From NCBI RefSeq assembly GCF_009914755.1, contig NC_060933.1: 64,000 nt of DNA; one strand, 5' to 3'. The notes below the pieces were generated by a model. The model ran no database searches and was not told the origin of the DNA. It was given only the letters and a program-made list of their open reading frames with translations. Shown here one piece after another: positions 56,365 through 64,000 of this stretch. Numbering within the stretch: position 1 is the first letter of the stretch; the number at the start of each line of letters is the position of its first letter. The translations under genes were made by a program, and so were the position numbers. Origin of the DNA: the human T2T-CHM13v2.0 reference genome, Homo sapiens.

Positions 56365-56415
56365 TTATTTTGGTTTCATTTTCCTTTTTGCGTCTTTATG
56401 TTTCTTTCGACAATC
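56365..56415 (-). CDS. NOL8: NOL8 last exon coding part (DCRKKHKDAKRKMKPK*)
   Basis: tcctag|GATTGT; stop TAA 56367-56365 followed by a second TAA; recognised NOL8 C-terminus. Confidence 0.94.
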   Translation of the reverse strand, partial: DCRKKHKDAKRKMKPK

Positions 56416-56785
56416 CTAGGAAAAAAAAAAGACTTGGTTAGCAATAAACAAATTGTTTTTAAGATGTTCAGTAGATAGAAGTAAAACAGGTTATTCTCAC
56501 TGTCAGGGCTGTGGAAACCTATTTTGAAAGTGCTCTTTTGAAATGAAGAGGGGATATTGGCATTTTTGGCATTAACTGTTTATAATGGGAACTATAATTC
56601 AGTCTTTAAAAATCTGATGCTTTCGTGTTACTTAATAGGCTTGGCTGGATTCTGAGACCAGTCACTCAATTGAGCCAGTCTGCAGTCTCCTCACCTATAC
56701 CATTCATGAGTTCCCTTCCAGGACTGTAATTCTAGATAGGTAACATGTCTATTTTAGGAAATAATATGGAGAAACAATTACTCAC

Positions 56786-56865
56786 CATACGCAGGTTGGT
56801 TGTTCTGGCCTCCCAAGAGTTCCTGCTCATATTACTTCCTACTCCTCTCCAGAATAAGTCAGAAC
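56786..56865 (-). CDS. NOL8: NOL8 penultimate exon (GSDLFWRGVGSNMSRNSWEARTTNLRM), 80 nt
   Basis: taatag|GTTCTG ... CGTATG|gtgagt; phase-consistent with neighbours. Confidence 0.94.
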
Positions 56866-57412
56866 CTATTAGGGGAAAAAGAAGAAAGATGAGGCAGCAA
56901 ACTACTACTAAAATTGGTAATATTCTAAGTGTTGGCATTATCAAGGTCTCGAATACCAGTTAAGATCATTCTTTTCCCTCAGTTTCTACCTATTTTCAAA
57001 AATTAGTATTTTTTCTTTCCAAATGAAAAATATAATATTGCTTTTACTGTTTATATATATCATTTACTATTATGTAACTTTGTTTATGCTAGGCTTTAAG
57101 AAATGAGCTCCCCAACAGCCTGAGTTTTCACATGGAATTTATGGCACTAAAACTTAGGGGTTTTATATGTCTAACATCTAAGGAAGCCCTTGGAACAAAA
57201 CAACCCTTTGTTGATGAGAATGAGCGGGCAAAGAAAGTGGTGAGTGGGGAGCTCTCAGACCTTGACAGCTTTACAAGTTAACATTCATCAGTGTGAACAA
57301 ATGGGGTTAAACCACATGACATTACCAACGGTCAAAATTCCTGGATGTGAATTACTGTAGCTGTATTATTACCTGTTCTATGTATGTAATTTGATGAAAA
57401 AAATGGACTGAC

Positions 57413-57483
57413 CTTGAAGTCGTTCATCATTCTTAGAGAAAAAGAAAAATCTAGTGGTCTCTTTCTCAAGTAATGATGCTTCT
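57413..57483 (-). CDS. NOL8: NOL8 exon (EASLLEKETTRFFFFSKNDERLQ), 71 nt
   Basis: tttcag|AGAAGC ... TTCAAG|gtcagt; phase-consistent. Confidence 0.93.
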
Positions 57484-57995
57484 CTGAAAAGAAAGGGACA
57501 AAGGAGAGAGAAAAATAGGTATTGGTTGGTTTAATTTCAATATTTAAGAAGAAATATTTACATTCAAAACATAAATACACTATTTCTTAAATATATCTTT
57601 TTTCATTTCCCCCTAGAATCCAGGTGAGCGAGACTCTTAAATATATCTGCTTTGTATTTTGTGCATTTTGCCCTGAGTTAAAACAACCCTCCCTCTAACA
57701 TTCTTCTATCTGAAGCTTTGATAATGAAGACTTGTTTAAGTAGAACCTCTATCTTTCCTGTGTTGGTTGCTGATACTCTCACTCCCACCATTGCTACCCC
57801 ATTTGCCAGTGCCTCCCATGGGTAGGCACCCAGTCAACTGCAACATCCTGTTTCCAGACCAGTGACTTCACTGTCAGGCCACCTTCCCTTTTCTATGCAC
57901 AAACTATCTTCCCCTTAGTGCTATCCAAATCTCATGGAAAAGGAAACACACTCTCCATTATAAAAAGGCTAGAGAACACTCTAAAGAAACTGAGA

Positions 57996-58319
<324 letters not shown>

Positions 58320-58418
58320 TTAGTTGTCATGTGAAGAGAAGCTAAAATATTTCTAAAGTATGTCTAATTCAGATTTTACAAATTATGAACTATGCCTGCA
58401 AAGAAACAAATTGTTTAC

Positions 58419-58545
58419 CCAGGACTGGAGTTTCTGTGATCTGTTTCTTCAGTAACATCTTCCTCTTCTGAACTGCTGTCTTGTAAACGAGGGTCTTCCT
58501 GCCAGACAATCTTTCCAGGTTTCACTGTTTCAACTCTGTAGGTCT
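58419..58545 (-). CDS. NOL8: NOL8 exon (TYRVETVKPGKIVWQEDPRLQDSSSEEEDV...NSSPG), 127 nt
   Basis: atatag|AGACCT ... TCCTGG|gtaaac; phase-consistent. Confidence 0.93.
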
Positions 58546-60079
58546 CTATATCGTTATGACAACAAAAGATGATGGGATTGTAACTCCACAGCCAAGTATT
58601 TCTGAACACATTCATTTGATTACTTTTACCACGTAGACATATCTAAAGTTCCAATATGTTAATCATTAATTTAAAATAGTATCAAAAAAATAGGTAGTAT
58701 CATCTTTTTAGATTTTTCAAATATTTTCAGAAGCCACTATCATAATTTTGGCATTGCTAGAATGATCTGATAAGGACAGCAGTAATATAAAAAAGGTTTA
58801 AAAAATAAAGGTTTATAAATGAGCTATATAATTTTTAAAAATGACACCTAAAATAACCATGGCATCTGTGCTTGCATGAGAAGCCTAAAATATAATAGGA
58901 TACAGGGAAATCAGGTTTCCCTCTTGTCTATTTATAAATGAGAAAAGGAATATATCTTTACATTTTCAATACCCAAAACTTTTTGCTAGAACTGCTGGAA
59001 AAACTACTGCTATAAGATCAGGACAATCACCTCACAAGTCTTCAAAATTTCCCAAGTACTTAAAAAACATCTTTCAAGTTGCTGATGTCTTTAGGACTCG
59101 TTTCAAGGTCAATTTCTCACGTTTTGCTCTCAAAGTTAGAAAAACTATCGTTACTATTTACATCATGCCAACTCTACTCAACAGTTTATATAGACAAGAA
59201 AATGAAGTCTTATTTGCAATACTTTTTGAACAACTACTAGATTGTTATACTTCCTTTTAAAGTACCACGGAGTTGGTATTATCTGCTAGTGAACCGAGAT
59301 TGCACCACTGCACTCCAGCCTGGGTGACAGAGACTCTGTCTCCAAAAAAAAAAAAAAAATTATTTTAATCTACCAAACACATGTATGCTATTTTAACTGC
59401 TGATCTTTAAAGTAGAATCATTGTAGTTAGGTATGTGTGTATTCTTCTGTATAGGTATTACCTGCTTTTACAGTGGGAACTTCCAGAAAGCTGGAACCCT
59501 GGGTGAGGAACAGGTCAGGTGTTTTTTAACCTGTGGCCCATGTTGGCCTTTAGAGGTAAGCCTCTTGAAATGAAATGCAAAACTGTATGTACTAGTGTTT
59601 ATACTTCTCTCTAGGTTCTGGCAAATCTTCAAGGATAAACTGTGCAATAACTGGCATATTGATGACATGGCATATTTGTGTAAAACCAAGGTTACCTATA
59701 TCTTCTTTTATCTTATATATAGCACTAGTTTTCCATAAGTCATAGCATCTTCAGCTTCATTTAAGATACAAAGCTCTTTATGTGATTTACTATACTTCTT
59801 CATGACGTTTTACTTAACAGAAAAGATGCTGTACATTATTCTCTGGCTTCCCTTCATATGGCAGCTAGTAGAGATTTGCTTCCTTAAATGCAAAAATAGT
59901 TTCTTTCACAGCTTCAGGAACATCGTGTTTATGCTCCTGTGACACTAAATCTCAAATCTTCTAGGTAGAAGAAAGAGTCCTTTCTTCAGCTAACATGAAA
60001 TCTGTTACACTTAATGCAGATTCAATCAATTAAGTTCAAACTGAATAAAATAAAAAAGTATGGGAAAAAAGAAAAGTAC

Positions 60080-60351
60080 CTTCCTTTATGTCTTTAGTGT
60101 CTGAATCAAAAAAAGAGAACGTGAACCCGCTGGGCTGCTCAGCGTCACTGGTCAGAGCTGCAGGGTCCTGGATTTCCTCAGGTTTCTCTTTACCACAGTC
60201 CTCATTCCAGGGTGTGCCCTCTTCCTTTTCACTGGTATATTTTGTAGTTTGGAATATTTCTTTCAGATCCATAGCAATATTATAATACATTTCTTTAGAC
60301 ACCTCAGGTAGTTTCTCAGCTTCCTCCCTTTTCTTTTTTCGTTTTGCTTTA
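60080..60351 (-). CDS. NOL8: NOL8 exon (KAKRKKKREEAEKLPEVSKEMYY...DTKDIKE), 272 nt
   Basis: tttcag|TAAAGC ... AGGAAG|gtactt; open, charged nucleolar-protein sequence; upstream exons lie beyond the window. Confidence 0.94.
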
Positions 60352-61177
60352 CTGAAATGACATATGTAGACATGTGCATCACAAAGAAACAAGTTTTGGG
60401 AAATTTCCAGAAATCAAGAAAAGAAAAAATCTTGGACAACTTTAATTCTATCCTATCAACAACCAGAATATAAAACTCTACTTATAAATAGAGAAATAAA
60501 ATAAGTAAAACTCTACATATAGAACTCTACTAATAGAAGCAAAATCTTGATCAATAAGCTTTTTTTACACAAATCTCAAACAGCTGCATGAATCATATTC
60601 TATCATTCTCTGAACTACATTTCAGAAATTATGCCTAAACTATACACCTAGGTATAAGTAAGGAAATCACTTAGCTTCACTAGGCCTCAGTTTTCTCATA
60701 GGCAAAATGAAAACTGTAAGCCACATGACTTCTAAGATACTGGGAATTTTACCAGTAACTGGTAAAATTGTAAATCAGTTGTAGAAATTAATTATAAATA
60801 TGTATAGTGTCTTTTGAAATGAAATTTTTATATTACCATAAATCTGCTCTGTATTTAGGAATGAATATGCTTTTCTCTTTGATCTGGGACAAAAAGTTAC
60901 TTGGCAGTTTCCAATACTGAATTTTGAGCTAAGAAAATATTAAAATCCTTTTTCCTCGAAGACCAGGCCAAAGTTTGTAATGTACTACGTAAAATAATAA
61001 GTGAACAGGATATCCTAAATAACCATTCTTAGTGGTAGAGACCATATCAAAGAGAGAAACTTTTAGTATTTCGGTAAATAAACCAACCTCGTTAGGTTTT
61101 AAGACAGATATGCCTCTTAGGAAACCAAGCTCTATAAAAAATGGTAGGCAGTTCCAAGTGATTATCATTTAACCACC

Positions 61178-63080
<1,903 letters not shown>

Positions 63081-63559
63081 TCCTATTTGTTCAATACGGA
63101 TTATCTGAAATAACACACATATATCCTACATTGGAGGGAATATTAATATTCTACTTTAGTCTAAAATGTGATTCTTTTTAAAAGAATAATTTTGGAACAA
63201 TTTTAGGTTTACAGAAAGTAACGAAAATAGTAGAGTTCCTAAATAGCCTTCACTTTGTTTTCCCTAATGTAATTATGTGTGTATGTAACTAGGATATAAT
63301 TGTCAAAATTAGAAGATTAACATTGGTAGATTACCACTAACTAAACTCAGACATTGTTTTGATTTCACTAGTTTCTCCACAAATTGTCCTGTTGTTTCAA
63401 GATTCAATTCAGGATACCACACTGCCTTTTGTGATTTTCGTGGCTATTAGCAGTTGGAAAATGAAGGATTTAAACCAAGCTGCTACTGGTTGCTCCATAT
63501 ATTTGCCATGTTTATCCAACTGACTGCACATCTATAGGAAACAGAAGCTCCTACCACAC

Positions 63560-64000
63560 TAGATGGTTGAATGGTTGCCCCCCAAAAGCTATGTCCATGT
63601 CCTAATTCCTGAAACCTGTGAATGTTAACATTATTTAGATAAGGGGTCTTGCAGAGATATTAAGTTAAGGGTCCTAGGATGAGGAGCCCATCCAGGATTA
63701 TCCAAGTGGGCCCTGAATGCTATCACAAGTGTCCTTATAAGAGGCACAAAGAGGAGAGACAGAAAAGAAGAGGCCATGTGAAGATAGAGGCAGAAATGGG
63801 AGTAATGTAGTCTCAAGCCAAGGAACACCAAAGGATTGGTGGCAGTCACTAGAAACTAGGAGAGGCATAAAACAGCTTTGTTTCCCTGAACCTCTAGAAG
63901 GAACATAACCTGTTCACTATCTTAATTTGGGACTTCTAGGTTCCAGAACTGTAAAGAAATAATTTTTGTGATTTTAAGTAACTAAGTTTGTGGTAGCTAC
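63560..64000 (+). mobile_element. MLT1-type MaLR LTR
   Basis: ggttgaatggttgccccccaaaa...acctgtgaatgt...tatcacaagtgtccttataagagg...ccagaactgtaaagaaataa. Confidence 0.8.

Overview
Mammalian (human-type) genomic DNA, recognised from the encoded proteins as the IARS1/NOL8 locus (human 9q22 from memory). The minus strand carries most of IARS1 (cytoplasmic isoleucyl-tRNA synthetase): a CpG-island promoter and non-coding exon 1 (~52.0-52.7 kb) and coding exons 2-29 (47948 down to 682). These splice at GT-AG junctions into an uninterrupted 3177-nt frame (aa 1-1059) that runs off the left edge. Intron 1 hosts the H/ACA snoRNA SNORA84, whose 3' end is annotated as miR-3651. Upstream, also on the minus strand, are the last five exons of NOL8 (60351-56365) and its 3'UTR. 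The rest is intronic/intergenic DNA with ~35 Alus, L1, MIR, MER/Tigger DNA transposons, MaLR elements and one ERV1 solo LTR. I see no new gene system. The most interesting signals are regulatory: (1) an alternative exon-1 donor creating a short-uORF plus overlapping-uORF leader next to an ATF4-type CARE; (2) inverted Alus bracketing exons 13-14 (226-nt circle with a junction-spanning 84-aa ORF); (3) a solo LTR pointing into the IARS1 promoter; (4) a 69-bp duplication abutting the exon-17 donor. Exon numbers assume one non-coding first exon; repeat edges and subfamilies are by eye.
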